Below, in pieces: positions 1-8,832 of a DNA stretch of 64,000 bases (position 1 is its first letter; each line of letters starts with the position of its first letter). The notes beneath the pieces are model-generated. The model saw only the letters and a list, made by a program, of their open reading frames with translations, did no database searches and was not told the origin of the DNA. The DNA is from a virus: positions 101,086 through 165,085 of IMG/VR virus record IMGVR_UViG_3300031718_000001; one strand, 5' to 3'. A program made the position numbers and the translations under genes.

Positions 1-201
1 TTCGCGGGGAACAGCGGCGATTCCAGCGCCAACACCGGCAACAACATGGTCTCGATGCAGATCATCCCGTCGGTCTCTGCCGGCCAGCACGTAATCGGCG
101 TGCAGCCGCAGATCTCCAGCTCCTACAAGGTCGCCGTCAACCTGGTGGGCGTGAAGATCCTGGCGATGATGGCCGTCTACGCCTCGGGGAATGCCCTGTG
201 A
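1..201 (+). CDS. 3' end of a virion-associated protein (partial)
   Basis: Frame 1 is open from the window edge (FAGNSGDSS...SGNAL) to TGA 199-201, with GC3-biased codons. The next ATG follows 1 nt later. Confidence 0.6.
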   Translation, partial: FAGNSGDSSANTGNNMVSMQIIPSVSAGQHVIGVQPQISSSYKVAVNLVGVKILAMMAVYASGNAL

Positions 202-202
202 C

Positions 203-1102
203 ATGACCATCACCGATCCCGGGCTGATCGACTGGCGCGAGCGCCAGTACCTGTCCCAGTTCTCCCGGCCGCCGCTCGGGTTCACGGTGTACATCGGCGG
301 CCAGCCGGCTGACCCGGACGGGGCGGCGATGACGGCCCGCCTGCTGCGCCAGAATCCAGACGGCACCTCAACCCTGATCAACACCTACTCTGCTGCCCGC
401 GAGCAGCCGGGGGTCTACGAGGTAACCCCATCCTCGGCCGACACCCAGAACCCTGGCTACGCCGACCTGATCTGGATGTACACCGTCAGCGGCCAGCCGC
501 AGCAGTACGCCTCCTACCTGGAGATCGGACCCGCGAACCCGTCCTACGACATGCTGCCGCTGCTGATGCAGGACTTCCTGAATGACCAGGTGTGGGTGCG
601 GTTCGCCGACCTCTTCGACTCGGCCGGGGGCGGCCCCAATCTCCAGAGCTACTTCCAGGCGCACTGGAGCCGCGGGCGCGTCGCCCAGCTCATGGGCATC
701 GCCCTGAGCAAGATCAACGCCGCCGCCCAGCCGTGGTCGAACTACACCCTCGACGGCAACGGCGGTCCCCTGTACCAGATCCAGTTCTGGGGCGGCCTGC
801 TGGCCAGCTACACCTACATCGAGTGCGTCAAGCAGCTCATCCGCGCCTACACCGAGCAGGCCGCCTTCCAGGGACCGCCGATCGCCCGGCAGGACCGGCG
901 CGACTACACCGACCGGTGGCGGGCAGCGCTCCAGGACGAGATGGCCGAGCTGAAGTCCATGCTCGACGTGTTCAAGATCCGGCACATCCTGAACGGCTCG
1001 CCCCGGGTCCTGGTCTCCGGAGGCACTTACGGACGTTATGCGCCGACGCGCATCGCTGGCTCGGTCGCAGCGCGCCCCCGGATGTGGGCTCGTTGGTATT
1101 AG
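203..1102 (+). CDS. Virion structural protein, probable head-tail adaptor/neck
   Basis: Strong coding bias. ATG 203 lies just after the upstream stop. Located at the front of the neck-tail block. Confidence 0.6.
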   Translation: MTITDPGLIDWRERQYLSQFSRPPLGFTVYIGGQPADPDGAAMTARLLRQNPDGTSTLINTYSAAREQPGVYEVTPSSADTQNPGYADLIWMYTVSGQPQQYASYLEIGPANPSYDMLPLLMQDFLNDQVWVRFADLFDSAGGGPNLQSYFQAHWSRGRVAQLMGIALSKINAAAQPWSNYTLDGNGGPLYQIQFWGGLLASYTYIECVKQLIRAYTEQAAFQGPPIARQDRRDYTDRWRAALQDEMAELKSMLDVFKIRHILNGSPRVLVSGGTYGRYAPTRIAGSVAARPRMWARWY

Positions 1103-1115
1103 GGTACGTAGCGGC

Positions 1116-1316
1116 ATGGACGATCCGCAGGAGAGGCTTACCGGGCTGACCCCCGAGGAGGCCGAGGGACTGCGCGCACTCAGCTCGTTCGTCCGGGCGG
1201 TGACGCCGGAGGAAGCCGAGCGCCGGGCCAGGCCGTACACGATGAGTGAGGGCGGGCACCTCACGCGGGACCAGATAATCCTGACGCTGCTGGAGATCGA
1301 CGCAGGCTGGGCATAG
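1116..1316 (+). CDS. Hypothetical protein (66 aa)
   Basis: MDDPQERL...; fills the gap between genes on the coding strand. Confidence 0.5.
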   Translation: MDDPQERLTGLTPEEAEGLRALSSFVRAVTPEEAERRARPYTMSEGGHLTRDQIILTLLEIDAGWA

Positions 1317-1339
1317 CTGCTGATGTAGCCTTCCTTGCC

Positions 1340-1978
1340 ATGACCGGAATCACCGACATTGCCGGCGTCTACTGCCCGATGGGCTGCGGCCGGACGCTTC
1401 ACCTGATGCCCAGCGGAATGATCCAGTGCCTGGAGAAGGACTGCCCGAATCCGGGGGCAGCGCAGACGATCCTGTCCAATCCTGAGACCACCGACATCGT
1501 GGTGTTCGGAACGGACAGCTACACCGTGCTGCACCCGCTCAAGGAAAGGCTCGGCGACCTTTTCTCGTGCGAGGTTCACGCGGCATGCGGCCGGCTCCCG
1601 GGGCCGCCAGGCGGAGAGCCCGGCCGGTACCGCGCCACCTATACGGGCGATGAGCTGTCCCTGGCGCCGATCGACGAGGACCCGCTGGCACTCACGCTCA
1701 ACCCGGCCCGGCTGAGTGCCGTCCTGACCCTGATCGACGGCACGGCCGTGGAGATCCCCGAGATCCCGCCTGCCCGGCCGGTGCCCGGCGGCCCGGTCAA
1801 GGTGGACATCCCGTACCCCGCCAGTGCCAGGATCGCCACGGTGACCAGGGCCGTCATCATCAACAGGGACCTGGGCATCAGTTTCCCGCAGGATGTCTGG
1901 CCGCAGATGACCCTCCGGCCCGGCGACATGCTGACCCTGACCTTCGCGCTGGGCATGGACGCGGCCTCGGCCACGTAA
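1340..1978 (+). CDS. Hypothetical protein with N-terminal Cys cluster (CPMGC...C...CP)
   Basis: ORF with phage codon bias and putative Zn ligands. Confidence 0.6.
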   Translation: MTGITDIAGVYCPMGCGRTLHLMPSGMIQCLEKDCPNPGAAQTILSNPETTDIVVFGTDSYTVLHPLKERLGDLFSCEVHAACGRLPGPPGGEPGRYRATYTGDELSLAPIDEDPLALTLNPARLSAVLTLIDGTAVEIPEIPPARPVPGGPVKVDIPYPASARIATVTRAVIINRDLGISFPQDVWPQMTLRPGDMLTLTFALGMDAASAT

Positions 1979-2017
1979 AGCCCGCGCTCTCCGCGCCCAG
2001 GTGCGCTACAGTGGCCA

Positions 2018-2115
2018 CACAACGTCATAGCCTAGCTTCGCGGCCCCCCCCAGGGCCGCGGCGCTGAAGCCCCACAGGACCCCGCCTCTCCCCCCGATGG
2101 CGGGGTCTTTCTTTT
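2018..2115 (+). ncRNA. 6C-like small RNA (two GC stems with C-rich loops, U-tail)
   Basis: -10-like TACAGT at 2007-2012. Hairpin CGCGGCCC-CCCCCA-GGGCCGCG (2039-2060). Hairpin GACCCCGCC-TCTCCCCCCGAT-GGCGGGGTC (2078-2107) then TTTCTTTT. This matches the architecture of actinobacterial 6C RNA. Confidence 0.6.
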
Positions 2116-2147
2116 CCCCCGGAAGGTGCGAGACCGGAAGGGGAACC

Positions 2148-2528
2148 ATGGCGGAGATCACGATGCCGGGGGCGACAGAGGCCCCGACCTCGAAGCTCGA
2201 CCGCTCGCTGGGCTACATCCCGCGGGCGCTGGCCAGTCACTCGCACGTCATCCTGCTGCTGCTGCTGGGCCTTTACCTGATCGTGCTGCCGCTGTTCAGC
2301 GTCCACGTCTCCGCTGGCGCCGAGCTGATCGGCGGCAACTACTGCAACGTCACATCAGACATCGGCGCGTGCATCGCCGCCGGCGGGACGCTCACCATCC
2401 TGCACCGCACCCGCAGGCAGCACCGGGTCCAGGAGGCAACCCACCGGATCATCGCCGACCTGTACTTCCATCACGTCGGCGAGCGCCACGAGGCGGCCAT
2501 CCCGGAGATCGTCACCCCGCAGGAGTAG
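2148..2528 (+). CDS. Membrane protein (holin-like candidate)
   Basis: Hydrophobic helix VILLLLLGLYLIVLPLF plus a second hydrophobic stretch. RBS GGAAGGGG; late-promoter motif upstream. Confidence 0.5.
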   Translation: MAEITMPGATEAPTSKLDRSLGYIPRALASHSHVILLLLLGLYLIVLPLFSVHVSAGAELIGGNYCNVTSDIGACIAAGGTLTILHRTRRQHRVQEATHRIIADLYFHHVGERHEAAIPEIVTPQE

Positions 2529-2531
2529 CCC

Positions 2532-4553
2532 GTGGCCACCCAGAACGCCGCGGCTGCCTTCAGCGCGAACGCCAGGCTCACCGCGTCGGGCGGCTTCATC
2601 CAGAAGGGTGCAGCCGTCCTGTCCGCCGCGGCCGTGCTCGGCGTGTCCGGAACCGGCACCGCGCTGGCAGCAGCTCCCCGGCTGACCGTCTCCGGCCGGG
2701 TCATCAAGAACGCACAGGCCACGTTCTCGGCTGCGGCCGTGCTCGGGGCCAGGGCCTACGTGCCGACGCTCTCCGCGAGGGCCGTGCTGACGGCCGCCCC
2801 GCTGGTCACCCACCTGGCGGCAGCTCACCTGGCAGCGGCGTCCGCCCTGACGGCCGCCTGGTCGTCGTCGTCGGCCCACCTGCATGCCGCGCCTGTGCTG
2901 CTCGTCCCCGGCCGCGCCGGCGCCGTCGTCATGACGGCAGGCACCCAGCTCACCGCGACGGCCCAGCGGTTCATGCCGGGGGCCGCCAGCCTGTCCGCGA
3001 ACGCCGTGCTGGGGGCCTCGGGCAGGGTCACCGAGCAGGCCAGGGCCGCGCTGTCGGCCGCCACGGCCCTGGCCGCACAGCCGCTGGTCACTCAGCACCC
3101 GGCTGCCCGCCTGTCCGCTTCCGCGTCGCTGACGGCGTACTTCTCGTCCGCTTCCGCGGCGCTGCACGCGGTCCCGGTACTCAGTGCCCCCGCGTCGGCC
3201 ATCAGGGCCGCCCAGGCGCACTTCTCCGCCTCGGCCCACCTCTCTGCCCCCGCCGTGGTCACCGAGCGCGCTACGGCCGTCCTGGGCGCGCACAGCACCC
3301 TCTCGGCGTCAGCCCGCCTGACCCAGCACGCCCAGGCCGCCCTGCACGCCCAGCCAGCCCTCACTGCCAACGCGCACCATACCGTCGCAGCCGCTGCTGC
3401 ACTCAGCGCCGCTGCTGTGCTGCGCGGTACTGCCACGCGCTCCGCAGCAGCTCATGCCGCCCTGTCCGCCTCCGCTGCCTGCGTTGCAGCGGCTGCAACA
3501 CTGCCCGGGGTCCACCTGCACGCGGCCCCTGTCCTGCTGGCAGCGGGAAAGATCAGCCGGGCCGGCCATGCCGCGCTGGCCGCCCAGCCCGCCCTGACGG
3601 CGACCGCCCACGGCACCACGCACCCGCACGCCACCCTGGCCGCCGGCCCGGTGCTCTCGGCCGTCCCGCTGGACATCATCGTCAGCCAGGCCTCGATGTC
3701 AGCCGCAGCCAGCCTCGCCGCGGTTGCGGAGACCAGGTTCAGACCTCCGGTCCCGCAACTGCCGGACGGCCCCCAGCCCACCTGGCAGCGCGATGTCCAG
3801 CATTACGCGGTCGTCCAGGAACGCCAGCGCCACGCCCAGGCGCTGTGGCAGTACGGTGAGCTGGTCATCTTCGCCCTGCTGTGGCGGCCGGAGGACATCG
3901 GCGCCGGGTTCGCGCAGCGCTGCACCCGCTGCTACACCCCGTCGGCGGTGATCCCGCAGAACCCGCCGCTGCGGGACTCCAGCCCGGCCGCCGAAGCCCA
4001 GATCAGCGCCGCCTACGGCCAGGGCAACCAGTACAGGTGCACCCTGTGCTACGGCACCCAGATCATCTGCGCACGCCCGGCAGCGGTGCCCGGTGTCCGC
4101 GCCCTGCTGGTCCGCCCGGCGATCCTCACCGACACCGACCAGAACCAGCAGCGCAGCGCCAAGGGCGTGGTCAACCCCGGCTCGGTCGGCATCCAGGCCA
4201 CGCCGGACTTCCGGGCGCACACCATGGATTACATGTTCCGCGGCGACGGCCGCCGGTATCAGCTCGCCGTACCCGGCCGCGTGACCCTGCGCACCGGCTT
4301 CGCCAGCCCGTGGCAGCAGGCCGAAGGTGTCGCCTACAACCTGCTGAACGCCAGCCTGGAAGATCCCCGGGCATCGGTGGCCTACGTCATCCCGCCCGCG
4401 CGCCAGGAGCTGGAGCAGGCACTCGGAACCTACACCAGGATCCCTGCTGACTACGCCTGGATCGAGCAGGTCAACGGGCCGCTGATCCCCGAGGAGGCGC
4501 CGCCTCCGGCCGCCTCGGGCAGCTACCAGGCCCCGGTCACCCTGGGCTCGTAG
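2532..4553 (+). CDS. Virion protein: ~400-aa Ala-rich repeat region fused to a neck/head-closure-like domain
   Basis: Repeats of A-x-L-S/H-A-x-A/P-x-L-x-A. C-terminal domain has CxxC..CxxC. Located in the neck gene block. Confidence 0.6.
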   Translation: MATQNAAAAFSANARLTASGGFIQKGAAVLSAAAVLGVSGTGTALAAAPRLTVSGRVIKNAQATFSAAAVLGARAYVPTLSARAVLTAAPLVTHLAAAHLAAASALTAAWSSSSAHLHAAPVLLVPGRAGAVVMTAGTQLTATAQRFMPGAASLSANAVLGASGRVTEQARAALSAATALAAQPLVTQHPAARLSASASLTAYFSSASAALHAVPVLSAPASAIRAAQAHFSASAHLSAPAVVTERATAVLGAHSTLSASARLTQHAQAALHAQPALTANAHHTVAAAAALSAAAVLRGTATRSAAAHAALSASAACVAAAATLPGVHLHAAPVLLAAGKISRAGHAALAAQPALTATAHGTTHPHATLAAGPVLSAVPLDIIVSQASMSAAASLAAVAETRFRPPVPQLPDGPQPTWQRDVQHYAVVQERQRHAQALWQYGELVIFALLWRPEDIGAGFAQRCTRCYTPSAVIPQNPPLRDSSPAAEAQISAAYGQGNQYRCTLCYGTQIICARPAAVPGVRALLVRPAILTDTDQNQQRSAKGVVNPGSVGIQATPDFRAHTMDYMFRGDGRRYQLAVPGRVTLRTGFASPWQQAEGVAYNLLNASLEDPRASVAYVIPPARQELEQALGTYTRIPADYAWIEQVNGPLIPEEAPPPAASGSYQAPVTLGS

Positions 4554-5254
4554 TGCCTGGCCTGCTCCAGACCCAGGAGATGGTGATCGCCGCCCATCCC
4601 GACCGGCTGATCATGATGGTCGGCGGCCTGCGCGGCCCGCGCGCCCGCAACATGGCCAACACCGCGCTGCGGGAGGCCCGCCGGGTCATGCCCAGCCTCA
4701 CCGGCCGGTCGGCGTCCCGCCTGTTCCCGATATACGGCTCGGGCTACTTCGGCATCGGCTGGCTCGACAACTACGTGTGGTTCCAGGAGCAGGGAATCCG
4801 CCCGTTCACCATGTTCAGCCTGGCCGGCAAGACCATCCCGATGTGGGTGGACGACCCGACCGGAACCGAGCGGCAGAAGAACCCCAAGGCCCAGGTGCGC
4901 ACCACCATGTCGGGCAAGACCCAGGTGCTCATCTTCCGCCGTGCGGCCATGCCCGGTGAGCGCCGGAGCCGGCGCCGCAAGATCGCCGACGGAACCTGGC
5001 AGGAGTACTCGGTACCCGCCAGCTACCCGGGTGCCCCCGGCCGGATCAGCAAGCGCGAGGCCGCCCAGCCGTACACCACTCCCGGCCGGACCCCGGGTGC
5101 CATCGCCCGCGGCAACATCGGCGTCCGCTGGCGCCACCCTGGCCTTGCCCCCCGGCTGTTCCTGAACCATGCGATGACCCTGGCGGCCGAGCAGGGAGGT
5201 GTCATCCCGACCAGGATCTACGCGGCTGACCGCGGCTGGCGGGCCAGGTTCTGA
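4553..5254 (+). CDS. Neck/virion morphogenesis protein
   Basis: Overlaps the upstream stop. Basic protein ending in WRHPGLAPRLFL, typical of neck/tail-completion proteins. Confidence 0.55.
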   Translation: MPGLLQTQEMVIAAHPDRLIMMVGGLRGPRARNMANTALREARRVMPSLTGRSASRLFPIYGSGYFGIGWLDNYVWFQEQGIRPFTMFSLAGKTIPMWVDDPTGTERQKNPKAQVRTTMSGKTQVLIFRRAAMPGERRSRRRKIADGTWQEYSVPASYPGAPGRISKREAAQPYTTPGRTPGAIARGNIGVRWRHPGLAPRLFLNHAMTLAAEQGGVIPTRIYAADRGWRARF

Positions 5255-5293
5255 AGACAGAAATGCCCTCCCCCTGCTCGGAGGGGAGGGCAT
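5255..5293 (-). terminator. Intrinsic terminator (minus strand)
   Basis: ATGCCCTCCCC / GGGGAGGGCAT 11-bp stem followed on the minus strand by TTCTGTCTT. Confidence 0.55.
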
Positions 5294-5418
5294 CGGGCCG
5301 AGGGGCTTAACCCCCGGCGGGGTACCCCAGAGAATAGCCGTGCCCCGGGCGGCTTTGCAGTGCAGAGGCGGACCCGGGGCGTACATCGGCAGTGTACGCC
5401 CGGAAGGTATGTGAGCGG

Positions 5419-5925
5419 CTACCTCCGGACAAAGTTGAGCTTGGCTGCGCTTCCTCGTGCCTCTACAGCCGCATCATCACGCGCTCGCGCAGCAGCTTCT
5501 TCGGTGTCAAAGCTGCCGAGGTACTTGGTCTTCGGGCCAACGTGTATCGAGGCGCACCAGCTACTTGATCGAGCATGCCAGTATACGCCGATGTACTTGG
5601 AAGTAGATTTCGACTGTTTTCGACGATTGAAGTCGTTCCTTGGTCCAGACCCATCGCGCAGATTGAAACGTTGGTTGTCGAGGCCGTCGTGATTTTGATG
5701 ATCAACCCTGGCAAGGTCAGGCCGGATGACCCGATGCATCAGGACAGTCGTCTTCTTTCCGTCCAGCCTGACGGTGGCGATTGCGTAGGGACCGTTGGTA
5801 CGCAGTCCCGGCCGGGGGTTCTCCCAGATGTACCAGCGGTACTGCATGACCAGTTGGTAGTCCTCGTCGCTGATAAGCGCTACGCGCCCGGCTGCCTTCT
5901 TTCCATGCAAGGCGATCGTCTTAAT
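5419..5925 (-). CDS. HNH-AP2 homing endonuclease
   Basis: MHRVI...VDHQNHDGLDNQRFNLR HNH motif plus AP2 domain (SKYIGV...YLGSFDTEEAAARARD). Lower GC than flanks. RBS GAGGAG precedes ATT at 5925; the alternative start is TTG at 5910. Confidence 0.9.
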   Translation of the reverse strand: MKTIALHGKKAAGRVALISDEDYQLVMQYRWYIWENPRPGLRTNGPYAIATVRLDGKKTTVLMHRVIRPDLARVDHQNHDGLDNQRFNLRDGSGPRNDFNRRKQSKSTSKYIGVYWHARSSSWCASIHVGPKTKYLGSFDTEEAAARARDDAAVEARGSAAKLNFVRR

Positions 5926-5966
5926 GATGGCTCCTCGACTGTCTTTAAAACCATTAACCGAAGGAT

Positions 5967-6599
5967 ATGCTGTTGAGCGGGTACTTGAGGACGATCAAGA
6001 CGACTGCGGTGCAGGCCATCCAGCAGTCCTTCCAGGTCAAGTACCCGGAGCCGGACGCGGAGGGGGGCACCAGGAACCCCTTCGTCTCGATCGAGTACCC
6101 GGTCGAGGAGGCCCAGTACCCGGCCATCTGGGTGGACTACGAGGGCGCTGAGCTGCGCACTGTCGGCATCGCCTACACCGAGATGGACGCCCAGGGCAAC
6201 GTCTACGCCCGCTGGCGGTTCGCCGGCCACATCGTGTTCACCGTGGTGGCGCTGTCCAGCAACGAGCGCGACATGATCTATGACCAGATGGTCGCGCTGA
6301 CCGCATTCGCTGCCCAGTCCGACTTCCCCAGCACGTTCCGCCAGGTGGTCGAGGAGGCGCCGCTGGTCGCCGCGGTATGGTCCTTCGACACGGTGGAGGA
6401 CCGCCAGCCCGCCGCCGCCCCGGGCACGCCGTGGGGCACCATGGACCTGATCTACGAGCGGGGGTTCGCGCTCCAGGTGATCGGCGAGTTCGTGTCCGAC
6501 CCGAACTCCTACGACCTGGTGAACCTGGCCGAGATCCAGGTGGTCGCGACTGAGCAGGGCTACCCCGACAACCAGTCCGTCATCAACATCACCTCCTAG
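5967..6599 (+). CDS. Tail completion/terminator-like virion protein
   Basis: Immediately precedes the sheath; YPAIWV motif; strong codon bias. Confidence 0.6.
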   Translation: MLLSGYLRTIKTTAVQAIQQSFQVKYPEPDAEGGTRNPFVSIEYPVEEAQYPAIWVDYEGAELRTVGIAYTEMDAQGNVYARWRFAGHIVFTVVALSSNERDMIYDQMVALTAFAAQSDFPSTFRQVVEEAPLVAAVWSFDTVEDRQPAAAPGTPWGTMDLIYERGFALQVIGEFVSDPNSYDLVNLAEIQVVATEQGYPDNQSVINITS

Positions 6600-6639
6600 C
6601 CGTCCCGGCCCCGGAAGGGACGAGCATGAGGAGGGCTGC

Positions 6640-8613
6640 GTGACCATTCCGAGCTTCACGACCTACCAGCCGCCTGGCACATACGTGCAGGATGTCAGCA
6701 CGGCGATCGTGGTGCCGACGCTTGTCCCGTCGCAGGTGCTGACCCTGGTAGGCCCGGCGCTGGGCTACCGCACCGCCGTCCAGTCGCTGCTGATCTCCGC
6801 CGGCACCCCGGTCGTGCTGACCTACATGGGCGTGTACACCACGGCCCAGCCGGGGCCGCCGCCGGTCTCGGCGCCGGTCGTGACGACGCTCACCGGCACC
6901 GTGCTGACCCCGGGTGTCGATTATGACCTGAGCACCGTGGCCGATCCGTCCGGCAACCCGGGGCTCGCCGTGACCTCGATCACCCGGGTGAACACGAGCA
7001 CGAACGTGTCCGACGGCCAGCAGGTCTCGGTCACCTACAACTACGCGGACGCCACGTACTTCCAGCCGCAGGTGTTCACCGATCCGCAGAGCGTTATCAA
7101 CGCCTACGGCCAGCCGTTCCTGACCACCGTCCCGCCGGGCGCGAACGCCTCGCAGGTCGCCAACCCGCTGTCGGCGGCGGCTCAGGTGGCTTTCGCCAAC
7201 GGGGCCACCACGCTGCTGTGCGTCGCGCTCAACCCGGCCAGCGGCAACCTGGAGGAGCAGTTCGAGGCCGCCTATTCCGCGGTCGCTACCCAGTCGGCGG
7301 CCACCATCGTCGTGCCGGTGTTCACCGATGACCTCAGCGTCAACTCGGGCACGGTCTCCGAGCTGTGCCAGACCCTGGCCCAGACTATGGACTCGGCGAT
7401 GTGGAGCGCCTACAACGACGGCTTCCCGCGCCAGGGGTTCTTCGGCTTCCCGCGGAACTACAGCGAGGCCGACGAGCCCATCCCGACCTTCGCCGGGAAC
7501 CTGGCCAGCCGCCGGACCATCCTGGCCTACCCCGAGATCGTCATGCTGTACAACAACTCGACGGGCCAGGCCTTCCAGGCGTCGGGCTGCTATCTCGCGG
7601 TCGCGCTCGGGGCGATCCTGTCCAGCCTGCCGATCGACACCGGCCTGACCAACCAGACGATCAAGGGATTCTCGGGCCTGACCCAGACCGAGCGCGCCAG
7701 CATGACCAACGCGTTCATGAACACGCTGGCCGCCTCGGGCGTGTCGGTGTGCTTCATCAATTACGCGGGCGCGCTCGTCTGCCGCCAGGGACTGACCACC
7801 GACATGTCGGCCCTGAACTACCAGGAGATCTCGATGGTCCGCCAGTCGGACTCGCTCCTGGTGGCGGTCCAGCAGGGCCTCCAGGGCAGCGGCCTGATCG
7901 GGCAGCCGATCACGAACAACACGATCACGGCCGTCCAGGAGGCGCTGCTCGGGGTGCTGGAGGCCGCAGTCACCAACAGCGTGATCCAGTCCTACACCAA
8001 CGTGTCGGTCACCCAGCAGACGTACCCCGGCGGCAGCCCGACAGTGATCACGGTCACCTTCAACTACCTGCCGGCCCTGCCGCTCAACTACATCACCGTC
8101 CAGATGTCGATTGACCTCTCGACCGGCCTGGTTGCCACCCAGAGCAACCAGAACGCCTCATCGACCGGCTCCAGCTCGTTAACCCAGGAGGTGAGGAGTA
8201 GTGGCGACCACCCAGGCACGGGTCGTAGGTTCCGGCTACACCGTCCTGTCCTACAATTCCCAGCCCATCGCGTACTGCGAGGGCTGGGAAGACTCAGGGC
8301 AGAGGGCTTTCTCGGACGTAGGCCAGCCCTATCAGTTCATTCAGCCCATCGGGGCCGAGCACCCGGTCGAGATCGCCACCTCACGCGTGATCTCCGGCGG
8401 CACGATCATGATCACGATCCGCGAGCTGTGGTCCCAGCCGGTCTGGTGGCAGCTCGCGGGCCTGGCCGGCACGTGGAACATGGTCGATATCTTCAACGCC
8501 CTGGCCGCCAACCCGAATTACGTCACTGCCAGCATGGTGATCAAGCCGCCGGGCACCGAGAACTCGCCCGGGAGCTGGCGCGGCAAGGTCTACCAGAACG
8601 TCACGGTAGTTGA
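6640..8613 (+). CDS. Tail sheath protein (natural end probably ~8182; see findings)
   Basis: N-terminal YQPPGTYV and C-terminal YLPALPLNYITV sheath signatures. Upstream of the tube gene. Confidence 0.8.
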   Translation: MTIPSFTTYQPPGTYVQDVSTAIVVPTLVPSQVLTLVGPALGYRTAVQSLLISAGTPVVLTYMGVYTTAQPGPPPVSAPVVTTLTGTVLTPGVDYDLSTVADPSGNPGLAVTSITRVNTSTNVSDGQQVSVTYNYADATYFQPQVFTDPQSVINAYGQPFLTTVPPGANASQVANPLSAAAQVAFANGATTLLCVALNPASGNLEEQFEAAYSAVATQSAATIVVPVFTDDLSVNSGTVSELCQTLAQTMDSAMWSAYNDGFPRQGFFGFPRNYSEADEPIPTFAGNLASRRTILAYPEIVMLYNNSTGQAFQASGCYLAVALGAILSSLPIDTGLTNQTIKGFSGLTQTERASMTNAFMNTLAASGVSVCFINYAGALVCRQGLTTDMSALNYQEISMVRQSDSLLVAVQQGLQGSGLIGQPITNNTITAVQEALLGVLEAAVTNSVIQSYTNVSVTQQTYPGGSPTVITVTFNYLPALPLNYITVQMSIDLSTGLVATQSNQNASSTGSSSLTQEVRSSGDHPGTGRRFRLHRPVLQFPAHRVLRGLGRLRAEGFLGRRPALSVHSAHRGRAPGRDRHLTRDLRRHDHDHDPRAVVPAGLVAARGPGRHVEHGRYLQRPGRQPELRHCQHGDQAAGHRELARELARQGLPERHGS

Positions 8614-8731
8614 CATCAACGACGGGGAAACCGTGACTGTCGGGGCGCTCGCAGTCACCAAGGGCATCACTGTCGCCTACACGCACTACCTGCCCCTCAA
8701 CTCCAACCAGTACGCCAACGCGAGCGGCTGA
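8201..8731 (+). CDS. Tail tube protein
   Basis: 176 aa, directly after the sheath, RBS GAGGAG, beta-rich with QPIG...PVEI motif. Confidence 0.7.
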   Translation: MATTQARVVGSGYTVLSYNSQPIAYCEGWEDSGQRAFSDVGQPYQFIQPIGAEHPVEIATSRVISGGTIMITIRELWSQPVWWQLAGLAGTWNMVDIFNALAANPNYVTASMVIKPPGTENSPGSWRGKVYQNVTVVDINDGETVTVGALAVTKGITVAYTHYLPLNSNQYANASG

Positions 8732-8832
8732 CCCGGATCGGCGCCCTTTACCGCAAGCGCCAGGAAAAGTAAGTTCCGTCACCTTGCGTGTTATTGTTCC
8801 TTTTGGTCCGGCTAAGGGGCGTGAGGTGAGCG

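Noticed and set aside
5340-5385. tRNA-Cys-like CTGCAAA loop
   Set aside because: No D arm, TTCGA T-loop or cloverleaf.
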